The notes: a model not told the origin generated them from the letters alone. A stretch of DNA of 64,000 nt from Opitutaceae bacterium (GCA_051252375.1 JBPOFY010000001.1:32001-96000); one strand, 5' to 3'; positions 47,979 to 57,971 are shown, numbered from the stretch's first letter. Translations and numbers: made by a program.

Positions 47979-48338
47979 ATGAGAAAAATCAAAGCCCTTA
48001 TCTACGCAATCATCGGCGGTATGATGTGTTGGAATACCTTCAATAAGGGGCATGTCACGGTATCTTTAGGAATTGGGTTTTTCACCCTCGCGGCTATCGC
48101 CATCACCCTCGCAGCCATCGGCACCAAGAAAATCACCTGGGACGACTCCGGCATCACCATCACCAAATTCCCCAGCGCTCCAATCCACATCCCGTGGTCA
48201 CAATTGGAAAAAATGCGTGTCGACCACCTCGGCTATCACATCCAGTGCAAACGCACGAAATTCAAGATTCGCCGCAAAAATATGCCTGATCATCTACTCG
48301 AAAAGCTCCGAGCCAGCATCCGAGACAACAAAGCTTAG
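47979..48338 (+). CDS. Hypothetical membrane protein (two TM helices + PH-like beta domain)
   Basis: Hydrophobic N-half, then ITWDDSGITI...IPWSQL. Confidence 0.65.
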   Translation: MRKIKALIYAIIGGMMCWNTFNKGHVTVSLGIGFFTLAAIAITLAAIGTKKITWDDSGITITKFPSAPIHIPWSQLEKMRVDHLGYHIQCKRTKFKIRRKNMPDHLLEKLRASIRDNKA

Positions 48339-48353
48339 AGCACCGCGTGGACC

Positions 48354-48644
48354 TTATTCCCCGACGGCAGCCGAAGCACTCGTCTCAAAAATCGAAAACT
48401 CATCCTCATAAACCTTGAGGAGATTCACCACCGCATCCTTGCGGGACGGCGTGCATGTTAAAAACAATTCCACGCCATCTTCAGTTTCCAAGCCCATCCA
48501 GAGCTTAACAGCCTCATAATGCCCCAGCAACCAAACCAGCGCCTGCTGCATCTCCGTCCCATCAGTCGGTAATTCATAGAAGTCAGCAGTGCTATCACTG
48601 TGAGACCACGAAACGGTTTTGGGATTATCTAAAAAAGTCGGCAC
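48354..48644 (-). CDS. Hypothetical protein
   Basis: 96-aa ORF filling the gap, plausible composition, GTG start. Confidence 0.45.
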   Translation of the reverse strand: MPTFLDNPKTVSWSHSDSTADFYELPTDGTEMQQALVWLLGHYEAVKLWMGLETEDGVELFLTCTPSRKDAVVNLLKVYEDEFSIFETSASAAVGE

Positions 48645-48753
48645 AACAGAGCTTATTAGTGGGGTGGTTTATAAAATATTCAAGACAACGAATACAGCCA
48701 TAAAGGGTTTAGATTTTTTTGACAAAGTCTAAACAATTCACCTCAGCAATTCA

Positions 48754-49533
48754 TCAGGTTTCCAACTGTGCAATCCGCCGAACCACCTCAGCTGCCAAAA
48801 CAAAACCCACCGTCCCAGTCAAAAAAGACGCCGAACCAAACCCTTCGTCGCAGTTTAATCGATAATCCGTGCCTGACTCGCGCTCACACGAAACCGAACC
48901 ATCCGCCTGCGGGAATGTCGGCGACTCATCCGAGTAAACACAATCGATTTTGAACTTCTGACGCTTGAACTTGGGAAAGCCATATTTGCTGCGCAACTTC
49001 TTACGAACCTGTAGCAGCAAGGGGTCATTGATCGTGCGCGCCAAATCATCGATCCGCACCCGAGTCGGGTCGACACAACCACCTGCACCGCCACAGGTTA
49101 TCAGCTTCAGGCCTAGCCTCCGCGCCTCTGCGATCAAAAAACACTTATGCCGTGTCCCGTCGATGGCATCCACAATGTAGTCATATGGCACCGCCAACAA
49201 ACGCTCGGCAGTGGTCGGCGTAAAAAAACATTCCTCCACCACCACTTCGCATTCAGGCGCGATCAAAGCCACGCGCTCAGCCAGAACAGAGGCTTTCGAG
49301 CGCCCGACGGTGCCATTCATCGCATGGATCTGCCGGTTCACATTACTCAGGCACACCTCATCCATATCAACGATGGTCATTTTACCCACACCCGAACGAG
49401 CAAACGCCTCGACCACCCAAGAACCGACGCCGCCAAGTCCTATCACACAGACATGCGCCGCCTTCAGGCGCGCCAAGCCATCCGCTCCATATAAGCGACC
49501 CAGTGCACTAAAACGTGTTTCGTAGTCAGACAT
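48754..49533 (-). CDS. tcdA: tRNA threonylcarbamoyladenosine dehydratase (ThiF family)
   Basis: RFSALGRLYG, IGLGGVGSWVVEAFARSGVG, SNVNRQ, DPLL, CVYSDE, LNCDEGFG. Confidence 0.9.
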   Translation of the reverse strand: MSDYETRFSALGRLYGADGLARLKAAHVCVIGLGGVGSWVVEAFARSGVGKMTIVDMDEVCLSNVNRQIHAMNGTVGRSKASVLAERVALIAPECEVVVEECFFTPTTAERLLAVPYDYIVDAIDGTRHKCFLIAEARRLGLKLITCGGAGGCVDPTRVRIDDLARTINDPLLLQVRKKLRSKYGFPKFKRQKFKIDCVYSDESPTFPQADGSVSCERESGTDYRLNCDEGFGSASFLTGTVGFVLAAEVVRRIAQLET

Positions 49534-49647
49534 TGATGCAAAGTTAGAAGTGAGAAGTTGGAAGTGAGAAGCTTGAAAATCACACCTAGGTCAAAAAAAA
49601 TCCGCCACCCAACTTCTAGCTTCACACCTCGAGCCCCCATCCCCACT

Positions 49648-49719
49648 CTCAACTTCTCAACTTCCCAACTTCCCAACTTCCCAACTTCCCCACTTCCCAA
49701 CTTCCCCACTTCCCAACTT
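49648..49719. repeat. Octamer tandem repeat (CCCAACTT consensus) x9
   Basis: Nine contiguous 8-bp units (CTCAACTT, CCCAACTT, CCCCACTT) ending 6 nt before the ATG at 49726. Confidence 0.9.
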
Positions 49720-49725
49720 CAAACC

Positions 49726-50484
49726 ATGCCTTCCCTCCAAGAAATCGTCGCCTTTTGTGATACCCGCACCCGCCAAAAAGAAATCAAGGATTTCAGCGGT
49801 GCTTACAACGGTCTCCAACTCGAGAACAACGGCCAAGTGACTAAAGTTGCCGCCGCAGTCGATGCGGGGCAGCGCCCTTTCGAGGCAGCCATCGCCGCCG
49901 GTGTCGACTTCCTGATCTGCCACCACGGTCTCTACTGGACCGCACCAATCCCACTCGTCGGCTCCGATTACTCGAAGATCAAGACCGCGATGGACGGCAA
50001 CCTAGCCGTTTACGGCGCACACCTGCCGCTCGACGGTCATCCCGAGATCGGCAACAACGCGCTCTTGGCCGACGCGCTAGGTCTAAACAAAATCGGCACC
50101 TTTCTCAGCTACGAAGGCAACGATATGGCCGTCATCGCCGAAGGTCCCACTGGCGGACGCGCTGGATTGGCCACTAAACTAAAAGCACTTTTCCCAGAAA
50201 CCTATCAGGCGATCGAATACGGCAGCGATCAGCCAAAACGTATCGGCATCCTCACTGGTAGCGGTCAAAGCGCCGTCGCCCACCTCAAGGCCAACGACAT
50301 AGACACTCTGATCACTGGTGAACTCCGCCAACACCACTTCAACATGGCTCAAGAGCTAGGGCTTAACCTCTACCCCTGCGGCCACTACGCGACCGAAGTT
50401 TTCGGCGTGCAAGCACTCGCCCAAGAAGTCGCTAAAGCCTTTGGAATCGAGTATACTTTCATCGAACAACCCTGCCGACTCTAA
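49726..50484 (+). CDS. Nif3-like dinuclear metal-centre protein (YbgI family)
   Basis: NGLQ, AAAVDA, CHHGLYW, HLPLDGHPEIGNN, GHYATE; start at MPSLQ. Confidence 0.92.
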   Translation: MPSLQEIVAFCDTRTRQKEIKDFSGAYNGLQLENNGQVTKVAAAVDAGQRPFEAAIAAGVDFLICHHGLYWTAPIPLVGSDYSKIKTAMDGNLAVYGAHLPLDGHPEIGNNALLADALGLNKIGTFLSYEGNDMAVIAEGPTGGRAGLATKLKALFPETYQAIEYGSDQPKRIGILTGSGQSAVAHLKANDIDTLITGELRQHHFNMAQELGLNLYPCGHYATEVFGVQALAQEVAKAFGIEYTFIEQPCRL

Positions 50485-50554
50485 TCAAAACCACAAAGGA
50501 AACAGACAATTTGGTTCTGGATTCATACCACCTCATTTGTCATATACTTAGGTA

Positions 50555-50989
50555 ATGAAACGCATCGTCATCCTTAACGGGCCCAATCTGGACCGACTCG
50601 GCATTAGAGAGCCGGACATTTACGGCGACCAAACTCTGACCGACTTAGAGAACCTCATCACCGAAGAAGCCCAAACCCTAGGTGTTCAGGTGCAGTTTTA
50701 TCAATCCAATCACGAAGGCTTTCTCATCGATGAAATCAGCGAATACGCTGACTCCGAAGTCTTCGGATTGATCATCAACCCAGGCGCACTCACCCACACC
50801 AGCCTCGCATTACGCGATGCCATCGCGGGCAGCGATTTGCCTGTCGTAGAAGTGCACATCAGCAATATTTACAAAAGAGAGACCATACGCCAACACTCGA
50901 TCACCGCCGAAGCCTGTATTGGAGTCATCTCCGGCTTAGGCTTCGATGGCTACGTGGCCGCCCTCCAACATCTCGCGAAGTTAGATTGA
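50555..50989 (+). CDS. aroQ: Type II 3-dehydroquinate dehydratase
   Basis: LNGPNLDRLGIREPDIYG, QSNHEG, INPGALTHTS, EVHISN. Confidence 0.96.
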   Translation: MKRIVILNGPNLDRLGIREPDIYGDQTLTDLENLITEEAQTLGVQVQFYQSNHEGFLIDEISEYADSEVFGLIINPGALTHTSLALRDAIAGSDLPVVEVHISNIYKRETIRQHSITAEACIGVISGLGFDGYVAALQHLAKLD

Positions 50990-51066
50990 TTCAAACCAAG
51001 CAACTTCCAACCAAACTCATCCACAAGGCATACGCCTAACAAATAACCAAAAACCAAAATATCAGC

Positions 51067-51396
51067 ATGGCAGACGAACCAAAAGGACTCAACAAACCAG
51101 TAAAACTCAAAGCAGACCTAGCTGCTTTTCTCGGCGCAGAATCACTTCCAAGAACCGAAATCACCAAGAAACTTTGGGATTACATCAAAGGTCAAGGCCT
51201 TCAGACTAAAACTGAGAATGGCGCAGCTATGAATGCCGGTAAATATATCGTTGCCGACAGCAAGTTGCTACCAATTTTCAAGAACACAAAGTCTACTAGC
51301 AAATCTGGCAAACTCACTGACCTGACTGGCATCCAAGAAGGTCAAACCATCAACATGATGCAAATGGCTGCCGTCGTCGGTGCCAACGTCGAGTAA
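51067..51396 (+). CDS. Stand-alone SWIB/MDM2 domain protein
   Basis: LAAFLG..LPRTEITKKLWDYIK..GLQ, IVADSKLLPIF, INMMQM. Confidence 0.85.
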   Translation: MADEPKGLNKPVKLKADLAAFLGAESLPRTEITKKLWDYIKGQGLQTKTENGAAMNAGKYIVADSKLLPIFKNTKSTSKSGKLTDLTGIQEGQTINMMQMAAVVGANVE

Positions 51397-51420
51397 GCTA
51401 ACTCTTCAAACGCAAATTTC

Positions 51421-51457
51421 AAAAACGGCTGCTTCAATTCGAGGCAGCCGTTTTTTT
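51421..51457. terminator. Bidirectional intrinsic terminator
   Basis: AAAAACGGCTGCTTC-aattc-GAGGCAGCCGTTTTTTT between convergent genes. Confidence 0.85.
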
Positions 51458-51477
51458 GTGCCATATAATCATTCTAC

Positions 51478-51559
51478 TGTAGCCACGTCACTCTGTGACG
51501 TGGTCGTCAACGTCTGCCGATGATGAAAGAAAACACGGCAGGAGACTGCCGTGGCTACA
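51478..51559. repeat. TGTAG-type REP doublet
   Basis: TGTAGCCACGTCACTCTGTGACGTGG ... CACGGCAGGAGACTGCCGTGGCTACA. Confidence 0.8.
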
Positions 51560-51561
51560 CC

Positions 51562-54078
51562 CTACTCTGGCGGCAGCAGCTTTGCCAACTCTTCCAGATC
51601 GTTGAAGTGCTCACTTAAATCTTTCGCGCTGCCGAGATGCCCAAGCGTATTCTCAAACAACTCCCGCTTCTCTTTCTTGAGATGCTGAATGCGCTCCTCG
51701 ATCGTGCCTTGAGTAATCATACGATACACAAAAACACGTCGATCTTGACCGATGCGGTGCACGCGGTCCACCGCTTGATTCTCCACGGCAGGGTTCCACC
51801 AAGGATCGAGCAAGAAAACATAATCCGCTGCATGCAGCGTGATCCCAGTGCCACCAGCTCGCAGACTGACCAGTATCACCGCGGGTCCCTTCTTCTTTTG
51901 AAACGACTCCACCGGCTTTGCGCGGTTCCGCGTCTCTCCGCTTAATTCAAATATAGCGACATCGGGAAACTCCTGCTCAATCAATGGCTTCAAGCGCTTT
52001 AACAATTGCAGGAACTGACTAAAGATAACCACCTTGCGCGCTCCGTTGCCACCCAATGCCTCAGAGAGCCTCGTCAAGAGCATCTGAATTTTACCACTTT
52101 GCTTAAGATCCGCATCAATCCCAGGGATCAATCCCGGATCACAACAGGTCTGACGCAAACGTGTCAGCAAGGTGAAAAAGTTCATCGCCTGCGACTGCAT
52201 TGCAGCCTGCAAATCGTCCCCGAGTTCCTCTTTACCGCGTGCCAATAAGCCTTCGTAGGTCTGCTTTTGGAAATCCGTGATCGGGCAGATCAAATCCATC
52301 TCTACTTTCGGCGGCAGATCTTTACCCACTTTGTCTTTCTGACGACGCAAGATGAAAGGTGCAATTTGCTGCCGCAAACGTTCCTCAAAACCCGCCCGCA
52401 GTTCCGCGCTTGGCGATTCAACCGCGTCTTCAAATCGCCGACGTGAGCCCAACAGCCCAGGCATCAGGAAACGGAAGAGCGTCCACAAATCCAGCAAACG
52501 ATTCTCAATCGGTGTGCCGGTCAGTGCCAAACGGCACTCCGCTTTAATTGCGCAACAAGCCTGCGTCACCTTAGCATCGGGATTCTTAATCTGTTGCGCC
52601 TCATCCAACACCGCATAACCAAAACAATGCTGCTCGAGCAAATGCTTATGCCGCCGCAACTGAGTGTAACTGGCAATCCACAATGTAGGCATTGGCGCAT
52701 CGCTATCCTCAAAGTGGTCGCTACCACGAAGCACTTTTGTATTCAAATTTGGATACCAGCGCTTCACCTCATTCTCCCAAACAGGCACCACACTCGCAGG
52801 GCAGACGATCAAGCTATTCTTATCTTCGAACGGATACGCATTGAGCAAAGTCAGAACCTGCAGCGTCTTCCCCAGCCCCATTTCATCGGCTAATAAGCCA
52901 TGGCATGCTTGCTCACGTAGATGCGCCATCCAATGCACCCCCTGCGCCTGATAAGGTCTAAGGAAGTCCGGCAATTCCACCGTCTCCTCGGCAGAGGCCT
53001 CCATCATAGCCTGACGCCATGACTTCAGCTCATCTTCTAAATCAAGCTCAGCACCGCGTTCTCCAAACAAGGAAAACACCATATAACGAGGCCAGACCTG
53101 CGCCGCCTCAGAATGATTCGTCGCAGCGATCCGCCATTCCGCTAGAGCCGCAGACTGCTCTTCAGCAATACGCACCAGCCCTAAACCTTTAATAATGTGC
53201 GTGCCACGCCCAGCACGGGCGAGACGCTCGGCATCTTCCGGATCAAGCCATGCTTTACCCAACTTGAAACGCCAATCCACACGCATCGTGTCGCGCTCAG
53301 AAGATTCCACACGACCAATAATTTTCACCTGCCGCACGCCTTGCGCCATAATCTGCGCCTCATAATCAAGATCGATAAAATCAAACGCCGCCTCCCACCT
53401 TTTGAGCGTGTGCGAAAAGAACGGCGCTATGCGTTCAGGGTCGCGAATTAAAAAGTCATTCGAATCACGGCGAAATTCAAACCCCGACTCTTTTGACCGT
53501 CCCGTCAAGCGAACCAACAGCTCCCGCTCTGCGCTCATGAGAGGCACCTCATCACTTCTAAACGCAGACTCCTTCGAAAAGTCAGGATTGGTCCAATAGG
53601 CCGTCAACCGTAGTCCCCCATCAGCGCCTTCCAATCGAGGAGTTAAACGTCGCGCGGGCCGCTCGTCTGGTTCCTCGACGGGTGCTTGATCAACTAGCTC
53701 GATCTCGTCCTCGGCGCTTTCCTTCGGCTCATACCGCAACGGGGGAATCTCATCCGCAATCAATTCTTCAATTTCATAGAGGCCGCCCACAGCGACCGCG
53801 TCTCCTAAATCAGCATCATCAGCCGAGCAACGCACATGCGGTCCCTCCATCGTCCATTCGATCACCGCGTAGCAGGTATCTTTCCGAGCAAATTTGCAGT
53901 GAATAATTGCATCCTTCGCCGCCAACTCCACACCGGAGATCTGGCTCTTCAAATATATCTCCCTGCCGCGGCGCAAAGCATCTCGAGAAAAAGACTGCTC
54001 CCAATCGACACCAACATTCCTAAACCAAACCTCAAGAGCGGCGGGGTTATAGACACGACTGGATAAACGAGTGGACAT
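51562..54078 (-). CDS. SNF2/SWI2-family helicase/ATPase
   Basis: LRPYQ, LADEMGLGKT, DEAQ, LTGTPIEN, VIFSQF, AGGTGITL, WWNPAVENQAVDRVHRIGQ. Confidence 0.95.
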   Translation of the reverse strand: MSTRLSSRVYNPAALEVWFRNVGVDWEQSFSRDALRRGREIYLKSQISGVELAAKDAIIHCKFARKDTCYAVIEWTMEGPHVRCSADDADLGDAVAVGGLYEIEELIADEIPPLRYEPKESAEDEIELVDQAPVEEPDERPARRLTPRLEGADGGLRLTAYWTNPDFSKESAFRSDEVPLMSAERELLVRLTGRSKESGFEFRRDSNDFLIRDPERIAPFFSHTLKRWEAAFDFIDLDYEAQIMAQGVRQVKIIGRVESSERDTMRVDWRFKLGKAWLDPEDAERLARAGRGTHIIKGLGLVRIAEEQSAALAEWRIAATNHSEAAQVWPRYMVFSLFGERGAELDLEDELKSWRQAMMEASAEETVELPDFLRPYQAQGVHWMAHLREQACHGLLADEMGLGKTLQVLTLLNAYPFEDKNSLIVCPASVVPVWENEVKRWYPNLNTKVLRGSDHFEDSDAPMPTLWIASYTQLRRHKHLLEQHCFGYAVLDEAQQIKNPDAKVTQACCAIKAECRLALTGTPIENRLLDLWTLFRFLMPGLLGSRRRFEDAVESPSAELRAGFEERLRQQIAPFILRRQKDKVGKDLPPKVEMDLICPITDFQKQTYEGLLARGKEELGDDLQAAMQSQAMNFFTLLTRLRQTCCDPGLIPGIDADLKQSGKIQMLLTRLSEALGGNGARKVVIFSQFLQLLKRLKPLIEQEFPDVAIFELSGETRNRAKPVESFQKKKGPAVILVSLRAGGTGITLHAADYVFLLDPWWNPAVENQAVDRVHRIGQDRRVFVYRMITQGTIEERIQHLKKEKRELFENTLGHLGSAKDLSEHFNDLEELAKLLPPE

Positions 54079-54185
54079 ACGGACAGATAGAGCCCGCCAT
54101 CATAGCTTTTTTTGAATTCACACCGCAAGGACTTTTGCGGATTCATGACATGCAAGTCGTATAGGCAGGAACACATCTACAAAAA

Positions 54186-54261
54186 TGTAGCCGCCTCACT
54201 CTGTGAGGCTCCGTCCTGATCAGCCACCTATAGAAACACGTCACAGAGTGACGTGGCTACA
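54186..54261. repeat. TGTAG-type REP doublet
   Basis: TGTAGCCGCCTCACTCTGTGAGGC ... CACGTCACAGAGTGACGTGGCTACA; right unit is the reverse complement of the 51478 unit. Confidence 0.8.
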
Positions 54262-54294
54262 TTTTTCAAATCTGTAATCTTTACAAAGACGAGC

Positions 54295-55251
54295 CTACCG
54301 ATCTGCAACAGCAGCTAGGATCTCGCCATATAACTTTGCCAGCTCTGGCATCGCTGCGCCCAACGCTTGCCCACGTCTAAGCGGCTCTCCCCAGATTCCC
54401 TCGACTTCAACTGCACGACCATCGAGAAAGTCGATCAAGGACGAGGGCTGATAGGCACCCATCGTCGTAGTCACATCTATCTGCCCTTGTAGGAAACTAT
54501 CCGAAATATCGTATCCAGCCAGCGCTGCTGCAGATTGCACCTCCTCCATCAATGACCGCACACGACGCGCCAGGTCGGGGTCGGCCAAAATCTTATCGGT
54601 GGTGATCCCGCCCGCAGCGATCGAAAGGCCATTGAACGGCACATTCCAACACAGCTTTCGCCAAAGCGACGAATCAAAGGCCAGTGAATATTTTGTCGTA
54701 ATACCCGCTTGCTCGAAAACGCGAACCGCTGCCTGCGCTTCTTCTGGATAAGTATCATTGAGCGAACCAATTTCCACACGCCCTGGCAGATAGTTCTCCA
54801 CCACCGAAGCTGCCGTGCGGTTCACGCACACGAAACACAAACCAGCCAAGATCGGATTCTCCGGAAAATGCTTCGCAAAGAACTCTGCATTACCCATGCC
54901 GTTCTGCAGAGTGAGCACTACTGTATGCTTCGGCTCAATCAATGGTCGCAGGCTCTCGATCAGTTGAGCATTCACTGTCGATTTCGCCGCAATGATCACG
55001 CAGTCAACCACTCCAATTTCCGCCGCATTTTGAGCCACCTGTGCAGGTTCTATGCGATATTCCGCATTTAAGATATCCTTACGCGGATCAATCATCCGAA
55101 TGGTAACGCCATTCGTCTTCATCGCGTCATAATCTGATCGCGCCACTACATGCAGCGGCGCCCCCTCCTTTGCCAACAGCCCACCATAATAGAGCCCGAT
55201 GGCTCCGGGACCGACGAGTGCATACCGACTAGAAAGACTTAAGGATGACAT
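54295..55251 (-). CDS. panE: 2-dehydropantoate 2-reductase
   Basis: GPGAIGLYYG, LQNGMG, WRKLCWNVPFN, YQPSSLID, EVEGI. Confidence 0.88.
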   Translation of the reverse strand: MSSLSLSSRYALVGPGAIGLYYGGLLAKEGAPLHVVARSDYDAMKTNGVTIRMIDPRKDILNAEYRIEPAQVAQNAAEIGVVDCVIIAAKSTVNAQLIESLRPLIEPKHTVVLTLQNGMGNAEFFAKHFPENPILAGLCFVCVNRTAASVVENYLPGRVEIGSLNDTYPEEAQAAVRVFEQAGITTKYSLAFDSSLWRKLCWNVPFNGLSIAAGGITTDKILADPDLARRVRSLMEEVQSAAALAGYDISDSFLQGQIDVTTTMGAYQPSSLIDFLDGRAVEVEGIWGEPLRRGQALGAAMPELAKLYGEILAAVADR

Positions 55252-55370
55252 AGCTCGATTAGGTCGAACCACAATTCAGCCGCAACGGGAAAATCATGAA
55301 TACACTCAATACCTTAGTTAGAACTGCAAAATCACTCGCGATCTACGGTGCGATACATATTAATAGACGC

Positions 55371-55796
55371 ATGAAATACATCAGCCTACCACTGCTCCTC
55401 CTCTTACCTTTTGCACTGCTTGCTGCCGACGACCACGGCAATGTTTCGGTTGAAATACTCGCCCAATCGGATCGCTCTTGGGATGGCGCAAAGTTACCAG
55501 CCTATCCAACAGAAGGCCCACAAATCAGTGTGGTAAAAGTGACCATCCCTCCACACTCGAAACTGAAATGGCATAAGCATCCCTCAATGAATGCAGGCTA
55601 TATGATCAGCGGCGAAATCCTCGTCACTGCCGAAGATGGTCAGACACGAGTGGTGAAAGCCGGCGAAGGACTGATCGAGATGGTCGACACCTGGCACTAT
55701 GGTCGCAACGACGGCGATGTGCCCGCTGAAATCGTGGTGGTGTATTCCGGCGTGAAAGACCGCCCGCTAGCGATCATCAAAGAAGACGCGGAGTAG
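55371..55796 (+). CDS. Exported cupin domain protein
   Basis: Signal peptide; SWDGAKLPAYP, WHKHP, EMVDTWHYG. Confidence 0.85.
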   Translation: MKYISLPLLLLLPFALLAADDHGNVSVEILAQSDRSWDGAKLPAYPTEGPQISVVKVTIPPHSKLKWHKHPSMNAGYMISGEILVTAEDGQTRVVKAGEGLIEMVDTWHYGRNDGDVPAEIVVVYSGVKDRPLAIIKEDAE

Positions 55797-55815
55797 CCGA
55801 TAGACCGCAAGGCAA

Positions 55816-56313
55816 CTACTGCGCAAGCAAGGGCACGATCTGCTCAATCAGCCAATCGCCCTCTACTTTGATCCAGTTCACGCGATACTCCATGGTGTCG
55901 CCCATTTTTTCGGATCCATTCATGACTACATTGCAGGTCGCCTTAAAGACGGACTCCGCCTCGAGCTCGGACTCCGCAACCTCGACGGAATGACTATGCA
56001 CTCGTATCGAAGCCTTATCAATTTGCCCCCACACACTTAAAAACGCGGAAGCAATTGTATCCGAATCTCCCGACAGCTGACGGGCTTGATAGTATTCAAT
56101 GTGCGTTTTCTTCGCGAAGATCTTCGTCAGCTGACGGCTACGACTTAAAGCCTCGAAAGTAGAAACCGGAGCATCTTTCTCAACGACCTCAACCAGCTTA
56201 TCCAATTGCCCACGTATCGCACTTTCGTCCGAACCTCGCAGAAAGAAAAACCACACCGTCAGCAGAATAAATGCGGCTAGAAAAACCAGGGTAATTTTGT
56301 TTTTTTCAAACAT
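55816..56313 (-). CDS. Membrane-anchored NTF2/SnoaL-like hypothetical protein
   Basis: N-terminal TM, SDESAIR, ends WIKVEGDWLI; coupled to the nadB stop. Confidence 0.6.
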   Translation of the reverse strand: MFEKNKITLVFLAAFILLTVWFFFLRGSDESAIRGQLDKLVEVVEKDAPVSTFEALSRSRQLTKIFAKKTHIEYYQARQLSGDSDTIASAFLSVWGQIDKASIRVHSHSVEVAESELEAESVFKATCNVVMNGSEKMGDTMEYRVNWIKVEGDWLIEQIVPLLAQ

Positions 56314-57920
56314 CAGGTTAGCTGCACTTTTGAATTCAGCAGCTCGGTGCTTTTATCCAAATAGTCCAAGGTGTAGTGTAGACCGCGGCTTTCCTTGCGC
56401 TGCAAAGCACATTCAACCACAAGACCGGCGACGAGGATGAGGTTACGTAGTTCGAGCAAGCTCTCGTCGACTTTAAAATCCCAGTAGTATTCATTGATCT
56501 CGCGATCGAGCGTTTGAATACGAGTGCGCGCGCGTTCGAGACGCTTAGTGGAACGAACGATGCCGACGTAGTCCCACATCGTGCGCTTTAATTCATCCCA
56601 GTTATGCAACAGAACTACGCGTTCGTCGGAATCGCGCACATCGCCATCGACCCAATCAGGCAAGGCCTGCGCTTCATTCTTGGAGGCAGCTAAATAATCA
56701 GCCACTGCCTTCGCTCCGCGATTGGCCATCACGACGGCTTCTAAAAGTGAATTACTCGCTAGTCGGTTGGCACCATGCAAGCCCGTGCAGGCAACTTCAC
56801 CACAAGCATACAAACCATTGAGCGAAGTCTCCCCGCTGAGATTGGTCTTCACCCCACCGCAAAGATAATGAGCGGCAGGCACGACAGGGATCATATCCTT
56901 CTCCAACGCGATCCCCTGCTTCGAGCAGTAATCATAAATATTCGGAAAATGATCGTGCAGCTTCTTCAATGAGATTTGGCGAGTATCTAGCCACACATGC
57001 CGCGCTCCTGATTTCTTCATTTCAGAGTCAATCGCCCGCGCCACGATATCGCGCGGGGCGAGATCCTTGCGCTTATCGTAACGCTCCATGAAGGCTTCGC
57101 CTTTTAGATTTCTTAAAATCGCACCTTCGCCTCGAACTGCCTCGCTGATGAGAAAGCGATCCGAATCTTTACCGTAAAACGCTGTCGGATGGAATTGGAT
57201 GAATTCCATGTTCTGAATCTCGACGCCCGCACGATAGGCCATCGCGACACCATCACCTGTGGCAATGAATGGATTGGTTGTGTATTGATACACTTGCCCG
57301 ATCCCGCCAGTGGCAAGGAGCACGACTCCTGCTTGAAAGGTTTCGACTTTCTCGGACTGCGTATCGAGCGCATAAAGACCGAGCACTCGATCTCCTGCTT
57401 TCTTCGAGCGACGACCTTTGCCGGAAGCGAGCTTCGATTCGGTGATCAATTCGACCGCAAAGTGATGCTCGTAAGTGTCGATATTCGGCGAGGTCGCCAC
57501 GGCATGCACGAGCGCTTCTTCAATCGCTCTACCCGTGACATCTTTGACGTGGAGAATACGGCGCTGTGAGTGACCACCTTCTTTACCCAGCGACACGCTA
57601 CCATCTGCCAATTGCGTGAAAGCCACACCGCGATGAGCCAGCTCATCAATACTCGCCGCACCGTCTTTTAAAATTTCTCGAACCGCTGCCTCATCGCAAA
57701 GCCCATCGCCAGCATCCAAGGTGTCCGCTACGTGCATTTCGACATCGTCCGTCTTCGAAGTCACCGCCGCGATACCACCTTGTGCATAATTGGTATTCGA
57801 TTCCGCCGAATTCTTCTTCGTGATAATGGCCACGCGTTGCCCCGCCTCTGCCACTTTCAGAGCAAAGCTAATTCCGGCAATTCCGCTGCCGACCACGAGC
57901 ACATCGTAGGATTTGGACAT
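56313..57920 (-). CDS. nadB: L-aspartate oxidase
   Basis: GSGIAG, YAQGGIA, EGGHSQRRILH, QFHPT, LISEAVRGEG, LHGANRLASNSLLE, RKESRGLH. Confidence 0.97.
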   Translation of the reverse strand: MSKSYDVLVVGSGIAGISFALKVAEAGQRVAIITKKNSAESNTNYAQGGIAAVTSKTDDVEMHVADTLDAGDGLCDEAAVREILKDGAASIDELAHRGVAFTQLADGSVSLGKEGGHSQRRILHVKDVTGRAIEEALVHAVATSPNIDTYEHHFAVELITESKLASGKGRRSKKAGDRVLGLYALDTQSEKVETFQAGVVLLATGGIGQVYQYTTNPFIATGDGVAMAYRAGVEIQNMEFIQFHPTAFYGKDSDRFLISEAVRGEGAILRNLKGEAFMERYDKRKDLAPRDIVARAIDSEMKKSGARHVWLDTRQISLKKLHDHFPNIYDYCSKQGIALEKDMIPVVPAAHYLCGGVKTNLSGETSLNGLYACGEVACTGLHGANRLASNSLLEAVVMANRGAKAVADYLAASKNEAQALPDWVDGDVRDSDERVVLLHNWDELKRTMWDYVGIVRSTKRLERARTRIQTLDREINEYYWDFKVDESLLELRNLILVAGLVVECALQRKESRGLHYTLDYLDKSTELLNSKVQLT

Positions 57921-57971
57921 AACTCAATGGCTAATGAATAATTTCTAATGACTGATTCAAGAAACACATTT

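Noticed and set aside
49648..49719. Possible CRISPR array
   Set aside because: Contiguous 8-bp units with no spacers and no cas genes; likewise the REP doublets are dispersed rather than arrayed
49558..49725. N-terminal extension of the Nif3 ORF with repeated PNFPTS
   Set aside because: It is translation of the octamer repeat; the family-typical start is the ATG at 49726
51562..54078. SNF2 helicase as part of an anti-phage defence system
   Set aside because: No neighbouring methylase, nuclease or other defence genes; it resembles the common stand-alone bacterial SNF2 type
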